A stretch of DNA of 64,000 bases from Octopus sinensis (Eukaryota): contig NC_043004.1 of the NCBI RefSeq assembly GCF_006345805.1, positions 65,472,001 through 65,536,000 on the forward strand, given 5' to 3'. Of this stretch, positions 37,972-50,452 are shown piece after piece. The position numbers and the translations under genes were made by a program. Within the stretch, counting starts at the first letter, position 1. Every line of letters begins with the position of its first letter. The notes under the pieces were generated by a model that was not told where the DNA came from, made no database searches, and was given only the letters and a program-made list of their open reading frames with translations.

Positions 37972-39244
37972 TCACACACTAATTCTATGTGTAGATGTTT
38001 ATTCCTGCACGTGCGCTTATATATATGTTTATATCCAGTTCCAGAATTTTCCGTCGCCAAACCGTCCGAATGTCCGGTCAACCGTGACTTCGTCGTTGTC
38101 CAAACAGCTGCATCTCATCGTCTTATTCCGGTCGAATTACTACCATAATGTGTTTTGTTCCAAGTAGATGGCCAAGCTCGTAGTTCCTATAATAACCTTC
38201 GTTGCTCGGAATTAACTGGTCTTCTAGCTGCTATAATGGCATATGTTCCTCAGATAAAATTTATTACGTCTCTACTCTAATGACCTCTGTTCATTTGAAT
38301 CTCAATGAACTTGTACCTATATCCACCCAGACAAATCTAACCCACGTGTCCCTTTAGCTACAGTCACTCGTATGACGTCCACACTCCGATCCCCGCAGTA
38401 GCCGATTACCCATTTCTTTCGGTCCTCTACAATCTCCTCATCACCCTGACCGTGATTTTCGTGCAGGTGTTAAATTACAATAATTTGAACGTAAGTTAAA
38501 CAGCATCAAACTCAAACGATATCGAAATGCTGCAAACGTCATACTCGTATGAACATTGTGCTTTCCTCAACACTGAGCTGGTGTGAGAAAAAAAAATTGA
38601 AAATAAAAAATTGAAAATGAGGTACAAAAAGTTATACTTGATCCACGTAAAACATCATGCGTAATCACAGTGACTTTGAAGTAACCCTTTTAGTTTCCAT
38701 ACACTGTTGAGGCCGTTTACGTAAATACAATTCTGTATTTTCGAGTTGATATGAGACCTTCGATGTAATCGCGTGATTTACTAGAAATGGCACGGAAATC
38801 TCTTTTAAATTATACATTATTGCTTTTCACAGTTAACGGAATATATTCCTTAAAGAAGTTCTAACTACACAGCGTCTGGAGCATAAATGTACTGGTTAAT
38901 ATTGGAAAGTTATTGATCATACGTCTGACCATTAATCACTCATTTTAACAAGACTGTAATAAATAGGACTTCAGCAACGATAAAAATAACAACTTCTGAA
39001 ATACTAAAGCCTGTATTTTTGATGACATAAATATGAAGACAGAATATATATTTACTTGTTTCAATAATTGAATGGCTGCAATGCTGGGAGAGTGAGTTGA
39101 CCCAGGAATAATAGTAAGAGGTGATTCCACACTCAACAAAATTCTGGAATTCTTGTACCAGGGCCCATGTACTGGATGCAGCTTAAAGTCATAACCCAGG
39201 ACATAAAGAGATACAAATACGTGATAAAGAGATACAAATACAGT

Positions 39245-41520
39245 AATCCGGATGGCCTCTGAGCAAGGACAATCCGAACACAGACAGGTGTTGCAAGGAG
39301 TGATCGGTGGAGCGGAAATGGCGTAAGACTGGAGTATCATTGGCGAGGCAGATGTCTCGGAGGTGTTCCGCGAACCGGTCAGCCAAGCGGCGTCCCGTTT
39401 GTCCGATGTACAGGAAATGGCAGAGAGAGCAGGAGATGCAATAGATGATATTGCTGGAGGTGCAGGTGAAGGAGTTGATGATGCGATAGGGTCGATGATG
39501 GGTGCCGGTGAGGAGGGTGGTGTTTGGAGAGGTAAGGGCAAGTGCGGCAGCGTGGGCGGGAGCAGGGGAATGAGCCATATTGGGAGGTAGGGTTGGGGAA
39601 GAAGCTGTGGACCAAGAGGTCTCGTAGGTTATGGGCTCGTTTGAAGGAGGGGAGGGGTCGGTTAGGGAAGAGGTGTGAAGTGGACGGGTCGGACTGGAGA
39701 TGCCGGAAAGCTCGAAGAATGGTGCGTTCGAAAGGTAGGGTAGTGGGGTTGGAAGTGAGGGGAAAAGGGAGGCGGGAGACTGCAAGGCGGGTTGGGGGGA
39801 GCAGATGCACGGTCTACGGAATGTGCTCTGGCAAGGGCAGTGTGGATAGTGGTGAGGGGTTATCCACGTAGGATGAGCCATGAGTTGAGACTGAGTCTCA
39901 AAGTCATGGTCGTCACTACAGAGCCTACGTAGACGGAGGAATTGGGAATAGGGGATGGAAAGCTTGGTGTGTTTGGGGTGAGAGGAAGAGAAGTTTGTGT
40001 TTTTGTTGTGAATGGAGGTGGTAAGAGTGGAGTGATGAATGCTGACCGAAATGTCAAGAAAGGAGACAGGTGTTAGAGATAGTGCAAGCGAAGTGGAGGG
40101 CAGGATGGAAGGATTTAACTAAGGAGAAGGAGTCTAGATGTTCGAGGGAGAGTGAGGTGGCACCGGTACAGTCGTCAATGTAACGATCGTATAGTTCAGG
40201 AGTGGGACCAGTGAAACTAGAGAATATTTGGGCGTCAACATAGCCAACGAACAGGTTCGCATAGTTGGGGCCCATTCGCGTTCCCATGGCCACTCCAGAG
40301 ATCTATTGGTATAACTCACCCGCGAACGAGAAGCAGTTAAGAGAAAGGACAAGTTCGGCCAGACGAATGAGTGTGGAGGTGTCGGGTTCGGGATTGGGGC
40401 GGAGGTCGAGAAAGTGTTGAAGTGCACGCAGCCCCTCGTGGTGAGGGATGACGGTATAGAGGCTCTGGATGTCCATTGTAAAGAGGAGTTCGAAGGAGCA
40501 AGGAGGAAAGGAGAAAGAGTTGAAATGCCGGAGAGAATGGTTGGTGTCGTGGATGTGAGAGGGAAGAGACGCCACTAGGGGGTCAAGGACACGGTCGAGG
40601 TATTTTGAGATAAGCTCGTTGGGGCAGTTACAGGCGGAGACGATGGGGCGGCCAGGGTTGTTGGGTTTGTGGGTTCTGGGGAGGACGTAAATGGTAGGGG
40701 TGCGTGGGGTTCGGACAATGAGGTTGGATGCGGTGTGGGGGAGACGGGAGTACGAGATGAGGTCGTGGACAGTAGAGGAGACCGTCTGTTGGTAGCTAAG
40801 CGTGGGCGTCAGAGGACAGAGGGGAGTAGAAGGAGGTTTCATTGAGTTGGCGGAGCGCCTCGGCCCTGTAGAGGTCCGCGCGTCATACCACCACAGCTCC
40901 ACCCTTATCGGCCGGTTTGATGACAATGTCAGCGCGCCGTCGGATGGAACGAAGAGCCGAGAGTTCATCCGGGGAGATGTTGAGGCGGCAGTGGCGCCTG
41001 GAGAAGTTGAACCGCTACAATGCACGCTGACAGGCACACGCGGAAAGATCCACTGCATGGAACTGGCCGGGGGCAGGCGTCCACTGGGATGGTCGGCGGC
41101 CCAGGTCAGTGAAGCAGTCCTCCTTGTTGGATGCGGGTGGTATGTCGCGGAAAAACGTACCCAACCGGACGCGGCGCACAAAGGTGTGGACGCGTCTGGA
41201 TTTCCTTACAGGATGGAGTGAGGGGGATGAAACGCAGACCCCTACTGAGGATGGAGCGTTCCGCCGCAGAGAGGGGAAGATCTGGGGGAATGGTAACAAC
41301 AGACTGAAGTGGAGAAGGGGTGGATGGAATGGAAGTAGGAGGGGTGGATGGAATAGGAGTAGGAAAGGTGGTAGGGCTGGTGGAGATCTGAGGGGGGAGT
41401 GGGGAGGTGTGTGGGGGGTTGTTAGGAGGGACAGTGGGGTAAGGTGTGGGTGGGTGGAGCCTATCAGGGGGAGAAGGGTAGTGGAGGAGTTGGGGTAGTG
41501 GCGTCGGGTGTGATGGAATG
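39245..41520 (-). mobile_element. GC-rich Neptune-type PLE, near full coding length (RT, thumb, Cys linker, GIY-YIG)
   Basis: TPTIYVLP.THKPNNPGRPIVS, FTMDIQSLYTVIPH, GVAMGTRMGPNYANLF, RYIDD, FPCSRPRCRTCP, FTCTSSNIIYCISCSLC..LYIGQTGRRLADRFAEH; one TAG at about 40303 and a few frameshifts. Confidence 0.95.
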
Positions 41521-41641
41521 GAGGAGTGATTGGAGTTTACGAAGTTTGGTATTGGAAAGAAATTGATGAAAGAGGTGATTTAAATGGGTAATGAAGTGCA
41601 ACGTTATAGTATTAAATTTTTATGCATAAAAAGTCAATAGA

Positions 41642-41813
41642 TGCAGGAGTGGCTGTGTGGTAAGTAGCTTGCTAACCAACCACACGGTTCCTGGTTCAGT
41701 CCCACTGCGTGGCATCTTGGGCAAGTGTTTTCTGCTATAGCCCCGGGCCGACCAATGCCTTGTGAGTGGATTTGGTAGACGGAAACTGAAAGAAGCCTGT
41801 CGTATATATGTAA

Positions 41814-41848
<35 letters not shown>

Positions 41849-42064
41849 GAGTTCGTGTGTCTGTATTTGTCCCCCTAGCATTGCTTGACAACCGATGCTT
41901 GTGTGTTTACGTCCCCGTCACTTAGCGGTTCGGCAAAAGAGACCGATAGAATAAGTACTGGGCTTACAAAGAATAAGTCCCGGGGTCGATTTGATCGACT
42001 AAAGGCGGTGCTCCAGCATGGCCGCAGTCAAATGACTGAAACAAGTAAAAGAGTAAAAGAGTAA
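41642..42064 (+). mobile_element. SINE family A, full length, low divergence
   Basis: Reference-like copy. Confidence 0.92.
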
Positions 42065-42186
42065 GACGACATATTTTTTAATATAAAATAGTGTACATTT
42101 AAACACAAAGAGAAATTACCTATAACAGGCAATTTCTAAACGCTAGGAGACACTCAAAACGACCGAAGACCACGAAAAAAAAAATT

Positions 42187-42301
42187 TAAGCAATTTCAAA
42201 GGGAATGAAAAAATAAAATAAAAACGAAAAAAATAAACGCTTTTAATTTGTAAAAGTTTTATTTTTATTTATTATCTTTTCATTCCCTTTGAAATTGCTT
42301 A
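42187..42301. repeat. Inverted repeat, 25-bp perfect outer arms
   Basis: taagcaatttcaaagggaatgaaaa / ttttcattccctttgaaattgctta. Confidence 0.85.
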
Positions 42302-42773
42302 CATTTTTTCACCTACTGATTAGGTGAAACTTGGCTTAGTCTGGTGATTCTAGAGACGGTCATGGGCGGTTAATTCTCACCTTTCAGTGTATATGCGGTA
42401 TACAGCGATCTTCTTACAGCATTAAGAGCTTTTTGAATATTATTTCTAGCAATGAAGGTGTTTCGGCTCCTTCAATCACACTACATTGACGATAACATTT
42501 TTCTCTATGGTATTACATGGTGCCAGCTGTTTATCAATGTTTAGTGTCAGTCGAAATTGCTACGATGATCCGGTTCTTGACTGAAGATTGAGGGCTTCGA
42601 ATGTTCCGTCCGTGTTTTTTGTATCGTCTTCGAAGTGTTTTGCGTTCTTGTCCCAGTTTGTATTTTTCTACACAATAATTATATATATACACATACATAC
42701 ATACATACATACATACTACATACATACATATGTATATATATATATGTATATATATATATTATATTATATCATA

Positions 42774-42910
42774 TAATTAAGGGCTAAAGAGGGTTATTCT
42801 AAAGCCAAATACACTGTTTTATCCACTTATAATCCGCTTGTTACAGGAGAATTGAAACTGGATAAAACAGTGTATTTGGCTTTAGAGTAACCCTCTTTAG
42901 CCCTTAATTA
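42774..42910. repeat. Inverted repeat, 52-bp arms, 33-nt spacer
   Basis: 42774-42825 versus 42859-42910, one mismatch. Confidence 0.9.
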
Positions 42911-43010
42911 TGATGTATATTGCAACCGTAACGGTTTTTTAAATATACTGCCCACGCTTCCTGATGAATTCCTTTGCTGTAGAGTAAGGGACTTCATCCT
43001 ATATTGCTTT

Positions 43011-43072
<62 letters not shown>

Positions 43073-43283
43073 TATACATACATATATACATGTATATTAT
43101 ATATTATATATATATATATATATAATATATAATATATAGGAGAATGTACTCGCCACAATCATATCAGTAATTTGATCTGAGATCGTGTGCTTAAACGAAA
43201 ACAATTGCAGCAGCGTGGAAGTGTTTATAAGCTTTAAGAAACACACAAAAGCCGTTCGATTCACTTCAACATTTAAGTTTAAT

Positions 43284-43331
43284 TTGTCAAAATATTTTCG
43301 TCGCTAAAATCCGCGACCTGTTCACTGACAA
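43284..43331 (-). ncRNA. Hammerhead-topology RNA with G3-C8 swapped core
   Basis: TTGTCA-GTGAACA-G-GTCGC-ggatttta-GCGAC-GAA-AATATT-T-TGACAA. Confidence 0.65.
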
Positions 43332-43933
43332 ATATCCGTGCTGCATCCGTGAATAGGTCGCGGATTTTAGCGACGAAAATATTTTGACAAATTAACTTAA
43401 ATGTTGAAGTGAATCGAACGGCTTTTGTGTGTTTCTTAAATGGCTTATAACACCATCCACGCTGCAATTGTATATATATTAAAATCCAAATTGAGAGAGT
43501 AGAACAGGTAAAATCCAGGTTACATATGTTTCGTAAATAACAGCTCCACTGTTGTTATAACTACTTAACGAGGAGTACTCAACTAGCTTCCCTCTCACGC
43601 CGAGGATACTGTGATTATAAGGTTACTTGTTGTTCGGCAATCTCAAGTTATACATCGTAGACATTATTTGAAAGGAATACCAAATCATGTCATGAGCTTC
43701 AGCTGCTGGCACCTCTCTCTCACCTTCTCTCTCTCACTCTCTGTATACATATACATATATACTATAATATATATATATAATATATATATATATATAGGAG
43801 ATGTACTCGCCTATCAAGTAATTTGATCTGAGATCGTGTGCTTAAACGAAAACAATTGCAGCGTGGAAGGTGTTTATAAGCCATTTAAGAACACACAAAA
43901 GCCGTTCGATTCACTTCAACATTTAAGTTTAAT

Positions 43934-43981
43934 TTGTCAAAATATTTTCGTCGCTAAAATCCGCGACCTGTTCACTGACAA
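43934..43981 (-). ncRNA. Second copy of the G3-C8 hammerhead-topology RNA
   Basis: Identical to 43284-43331. Confidence 0.65.
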
Positions 43982-44638
43982 TATCCGTGCTGCATCCGTG
44001 AATAGGTCGCGGATTTTAGCGACGAAAATATTTTGACAAATTAAACTTAAATGTTGAAGTGAATCGAACGGCTTTTGTGTGTTTCTTAAATGGCTTATAA
44101 ACACCATCCACGCTGCAATTGTATATATATATAAAATCCAAATTGAGAGAGTAGAACAGGTAAAATCCAGGTTACATATGTTTCGTAAATAACAGCTCCA
44201 CTGTTGTTATAACTACTTAACGAGGAGTACTCAACTAGCTTCCCCTCACGCCGAGGATACTGTGATTATAAGGTTACTTTGTTGTTCGGCAATCTCAAGT
44301 TAATACATCGTAGACATTATTTGAAAGGAATACCAAATCATGTCATGAGCTTCAGCTGCTCACTCTCTCTCACCTTCTCTCTCTCACTCTGTATACATAT
44401 ACATATATACATATATATTATATATATATATATATATATATGACAATGTAGTTCGTTGCATAAGTTCTTATTCGGTTGTGATTTAAATTTCTCATTACCG
44501 CTCTGTACTTGACTGACTCTTCATTCGGAAGAGTTATCAGTATCGTTATGTCTAAGCGAAAAGATGCTGCTGCTGCTGCTGATGATGATGATGATTATGA
44601 TGATGATGATGATAATGATAACAATAATAATAATAATA

Positions 44639-44713
<75 letters not shown>

Positions 44714-45947
44714 TAATAATGAACAACGCACAAACACAAGACACACTCTATACAACAATTACCTAGTGAAGTAAACCTCCACTGGCAAGCTAGATAACCG
44801 ACGCATTACACACTCAATACATAATACAAGCAGTAATACAACAAAAGACTGCACCACACCTCAAGGGAAATAAAACTAACATAATATAATGCCGGGAAGA
44901 ATTTGCGTACTCCCAACAACAAAGAAGTATTCACAATGCTGCATCCACCACCTCCCAGAAACACGGAGTTATAGCAGGTGATGAGGTAGAAATTGACCTT
45001 AAAGTACCAAATGCTGAACAATTATATAATAATAACAATAGTAGTAGTAGCAGCAGCAGTAGCAGTAGTATTTGTATTAGTATTAGTAGTAGTAGTATAT
45101 GTAGTCTCAGACAATGACTACACACACACACTCTCTTTCTGTTTGTTGTCTCTTTATCTCTCTCTCTCGCATGCACATGTATGTGTGTGTGTATGTGTGT
45201 GTGTGTATGTGTGTGTGTGTATGTGTGTGTGTGTATCGTGATATTGGTGTAATATTTGACAACTGCTTCCACTGACAAGATAATGGTCAACGCTAGATGA
45301 TCGTGCCTTGCAGCACGTTGGAACTCGGGATCGGTTAGGCCGAGAGAACCGCGCATAGAACTAAAACCTTGCCATGTGTATATAATAAGATTGCTAACTC
45401 AAGAGGAAAAGTTAAAATATGATATAACAAGCCTATATCGTCTGGTACAAACAAGATAGCTTTATTTCATTTGACTGACATAATATGTATTCCATATTCG
45501 GATTTAGTGAAGTTAACCAGAAAAGTAATTACCTGTTTTGCAAGTCCACAGTGGAAGTGTTGAATCACTTCTTTGACACCCGTAGCACTAAAGATAATTG
45601 CTATGTCTGTGGAGTAAAAGTACAAGTTTAAGTAGAGGTTATGAAAGCCAACTACTACTAAAGAAACGAAAGAACTGTTATTAACCATATATCTATTCGT
45701 TAGGCTGCGAGACAGAACCGATTAGTTTGCCCAGATTAAGAGAAGATACATTTGTGTTAGACTAATACATTAAAGATTCAGTCAGAATTCTTAGAGATAC
45801 GAATAAACCAGGAATACCAAGGCAGCTTGAAGTGTTATTTGATCTTAACATATTTCTCTGAGCAAATGTGATTCTTATTTACCTATCTTTTCCCCTCCTC
45901 CTATGTCACGATATCTCTCTCCGTTTCTCATGTCTTTCATTTCCTCT

Positions 45948-46194
45948 ATACTCTTTTACTCTTTTATTTGTTCCAGTCATGTAACTGTGGCCATGCTGGA
46001 GCACAGCCTTTAGTCGAGCAAATCGATCTCAACACTTATTCTTTGTAAGCCTAGTACTTATGCTATCGATCTCTTTTGCAGAACCGCTAAGTTACGGGGA
46101 CATAAACACGCGAGCATCTGTTGTCAAGCGGTGTTGGGGGTGACAAACACAGACACACAAACATATAAACACACATACATACATACATATATAA

Positions 46195-46236
<42 letters not shown>

Positions 46237-46252
46237 TTATATATATATATAC

Positions 46253-46305
<53 letters not shown>

Positions 46306-46470
46306 TTATATATATATACATTATATATATATATTATATATTATATATATATATTATATATATATACATATATACGACGGGCTTCTTTCAGTTTCCGTCT
46401 ACCAAATCCACTCACAATACTTTGGTCGGAACCATGTGGTTCGTAAACAAGCTACTTACACAGCCGCATA
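45948..46470 (-). mobile_element. SINE family A with expanded internal (TA)n and a head deletion
   Basis: Reverse-complement match. Confidence 0.88.
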
Positions 46471-46571
46471 TACATATACATACAAGCATACGCGCGCACA
46501 CACACATACCTAATATACATGGACAATGCAGATAAGAAGAGATAATGCAGATAACGAGCAAAATACGCAAT

Positions 46572-46764
46572 AGGCTGTGGTAAGTAGCTTGCTTACTTAC
46601 AACAGGCTGTGTGGTAAGTAGCTTGCTTACCAGCCACATGGTTCCGGGTTCAGTCCCACTGCGTGGCACGTTGGGCAAGTGTCTTCTACCATAGCCTCTG
46701 GTCAACCAAAGCCTTGTGAGTGGATTTGGTAGGCAGAAACTGAAAGAAGCCCGTCGTATATATG

Positions 46765-46799
<35 letters not shown>

Positions 46800-47030
46800 G
46801 TCTGTGTGTCTGTGTTTCTCCCTCCAATATCGCTTGACAACCGATGGTGGTCTGTTTACGTCCTTGTAACTTAGCGGTTCTGGAGAAAAGACCGATGAAT
46901 AAGTACTGGGCTTCCAAAGAATAAGTCCTGGGGTCGATTTGCTCGACTAAATGCGGTGCTCCAGCATGGCCGCAGTCAAATACCTGAAACAAATAAAAGA
47001 ATAAAGCAATAAAAGAATAAATGAAAATTA
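46572..47030 (+). mobile_element. SINE family A with duplicated head segment
   Basis: ggctgtggtaagtagcttgctta occurs twice at 46573-46630. Confidence 0.88.
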
Positions 47031-47259
47031 AAATAACAAAATAAATATATAAAAATGGGGAATCTGCGCAAGAGATTACTGTGGTTTTATTAGTTAGTGC
47101 AAGTCGTAAATCAGTAATGAAGATAATACAAAAACAAAACTTACTGGTAGACAACCATCATCAGACTCTATGTGAAGTCACGGCATGGATTCGGACAGGC
47201 CTGAGTTTGAATATTGTTATAGCAGCATGCCTTGTTTGCTGCATTGTAACAGTCACTTG

Positions 47260-47384
47260 TAATGATGATGATGATGATGATGATAATAATAATAATAATA
47301 ACTACAACAACAATAAAAAAATAATACCTCTTTTTCCTCTTATTATTTTTATTATTATTATCATTATTATTATTATTATTATTA

Positions 47385-47462
<78 letters not shown>

Positions 47463-47554
47463 CTAGTTTATTAATCTTATTATCATCATTATATTAATAT
47501 TGATGATAACGATGAAGATGGGGATGATAATGATAATGATGATGACGACGACGT

Positions 47555-47610
<56 letters not shown>

Positions 47611-47716
47611 GATAGTATTAACAAAATATGGAGAATGATTTCATATCGATGATAATGACAATAACACCAACAGCAAAAACAACGATAATAATAACAACAA
47701 CAACAACAACAACAAC

Positions 47717-47756
<40 letters not shown>

Positions 47757-47825
47757 TAATAGTAATGATAATAATAATAATAACAATAATAATAAAATGA
47801 TAATAATAATAATGAAATAATAATA

Positions 47826-47857
<32 letters not shown>

Positions 47858-47918
47858 TAATAATAATAATAATAATAATGATAATAATAATACTAGTAAT
47901 GATAATAATAATAATAAC

Positions 47919-47960
<42 letters not shown>

Positions 47961-48007
47961 TAATAATAATAATAATAATAACAATGATAATAATAATAAT
48001 AATAATA

Positions 48008-48053
<46 letters not shown>

Positions 48054-48092
48054 TATAATAATAGTAATGATAATAATAATAATAAAAATAAA

Positions 48093-48123
<31 letters not shown>

Positions 48124-48143
48124 TAATAATAATAATAATAATG

Positions 48144-48179
<36 letters not shown>

Positions 48180-48212
48180 GTTTCACATTATAATAATAAT
48201 AATAATAATATG

Positions 48213-48254
<42 letters not shown>

Positions 48255-48368
48255 TGATGATAATATAATAATAATAATGATAATGATAATAATAATAATA
48301 ATGGTGATTGTAATGATGATGATGGTCGTGATGGGGATGATGATGGTGACAATAATGATAACAAACTA

Positions 48369-48414
<46 letters not shown>

Positions 48415-48420
48415 TTATTT
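47260..48420. repeat. About 1.1-kb compound trinucleotide array (AAT/ATT/AGT/GAT/AAC)
   Basis: Direct reading. Confidence 0.95.
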
Positions 48421-48873
48421 ATTTATTTATCTATTTACTTATTTCGGTTTTTATTAGTTTTTGCATGAGAATTGTGTTACTAATTAGTGTTTTATTTTTC
48501 TGCTTCCAATATGTATTCGCTGTCATTAGAATTCCGTTAGGGTATTGCGTATAAAGCTGTATAGATCATTCTAGACAATAGTATGAGGATAATGGTGTGA
48601 GATTAATGTTGTACAAGTCTGTTGCAATAACGATCTTGACGAGTTATCAGGACAATAGATTCTGTGCACATTTATCAGTTTATTTATGAATCCTTTTTTG
48701 TTGTTGCTTATTCTCTATCCATTGATTCCCGAAGGTCAGTTTATCGCTGAATATTCCAAACTTTCTCTAGTGTTAATCGAATGTGGGAGAAATATCCTGA
48801 TCGAATAGGCCTATGATCCTATCATCACTTTCTTTGTATAGGCGATTGAGGACTGCATTATCCAGTAGATATT

Positions 48874-49095
48874 TTATTCTTTTCTATTCTAGGCACAAGG
48901 CCCGAAACTTTTGCGGAGGCGCTCAGTCGATTAGATCAACCCCAGTACCTATCTGGTACTTCATTTATCGACACCGAAAGGATGAAAAGCAAAGTCGACC
49001 TCGGCGGAATTTGAACTCAGAACGTAGAGACAGTAGAAATACCACTATGAATTTCACCCGGCGTTCTAGCGTTTCTGCTAGCTCGCCGCCTTCCA
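48874..49095 (-). mobile_element. SINE family B variant
   Basis: Ends in ctagctcgccgcctt (reverse complement of the head). Confidence 0.88.
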
Positions 49096-49980
49096 TTATA
49101 TTAAAATAGCAGTTTGTTCTTTGGGGTGAGATTTTGCTGTTGGATGTTTTAGTAAATCAAGCGCCGACTTGGAAATTTCTTTTCTGATTCGCATACAAGA
49201 GTTGGACCAAACATCACTAGTTGGTAGTGGTGACCTGTTATTAGTATTGATGGCGCATACCCATTGTCCTTGATAAGTGTTTTTATGTACATAGAATAGT
49301 ATTTTATTTAAAGAATCTAAAAGTGTTAACGGCGTGATTTTGCCTTTCCTGCCATTGATACTGTCAGTGTTGTTGCTGACGTCAGCAATCTCTTTATCGT
49401 AGCTACTGTGATGGTGTCTTGGATTGTTGTTTTTGAACTAGTTGCCGATAGAACTGCCTTGTCTACAAGATTTTCTGTTTGCCTCTTTCTTTCCCACCCT
49501 CTTCTGTATTACATACATAAATAATGGTTCATATGTGTAAGAGTGTATACGTATATCTATGGACCTAAATATAGAAGGGGCGGTCTCGAACCTATGTCAC
49601 CTTCTGCTTTATCTCTTAGTGCATATGCCATTGATGATGATGTTAATAATTTGCATAACGGGAATAGACATCAAGAATTTTGCACTATTATTTCAATTTA
49701 AAAAATGATAAAATGCTTCACAAAATAATGATGTAATCATGGCAACAATTTGCCGAAACTCGTGTATGTTTTATAAAGCATAAAGTGCCCTATATATTTT
49801 CTGTATTTGCATATTATGACTACATGTCCTGTGTCTCGTGGTTTCAGTGTAGGACATACTACTGAGTCAGAGATTTGGTTGCGTGCTGCGTTGCGTTTTT
49901 ATTGGCTAAACTGGCAAAATGACCATTCCGAAATATAACAATATCTGTTTCAACACGCGACTTCACATAAAAAATCTTGC

Positions 49981-50029
<49 letters not shown>

Positions 50030-50406
50030 CTATATATGCATGAATATATATGTGTGTGTGTGTATGTGTGTGTGTTGTGTGTGTGTAGATATTTATTTGT
50101 AGGCATATACGTATCTACGTATTATACAGAATAATACTGTATAAATACACACAATCCGTGGTCTATTTCTTTCTCTTAGATACACACACATATGCACACG
50201 CACAAACACACACACAGACACAGACACACATACAGAGACACATACACAGAGACTCGCACACATACTTGATAATGTTATAGATCTGTGTGCTTGAGTACAC
50301 TAAACATTAACGGAATAAAGAACTCAATACTTGCTGTAGAACCATAAAGAGATTTATGATCAACTGTGCATATTTACATCTATGAATATATACATATACA
50401 CATGTG

Positions 50407-50452
<46 letters not shown>

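Larger units (their letters stand above)
43139..44440. repeat. Tandem duplication of a 650-660-bp unit, each containing a palindrome with about 120-bp arms
   Basis: Units start ggagaatgtactcgcc (43139) and ggagatgtactcgcc (43797); palindromes at 43202-43470 and 43853-44121. Confidence 0.92.

Noticed and set aside
42575-42640. CTGAAGA...CGAA as a hammerhead
   Set aside because: The core pairs with the downstream tcttc, and there is no GAAA/palindrome/stem I arrangement.
48480-49500. Possible further Dong-like LINE relics on minus
   Set aside because: Only faint motif resemblance, with many stops; not callable.
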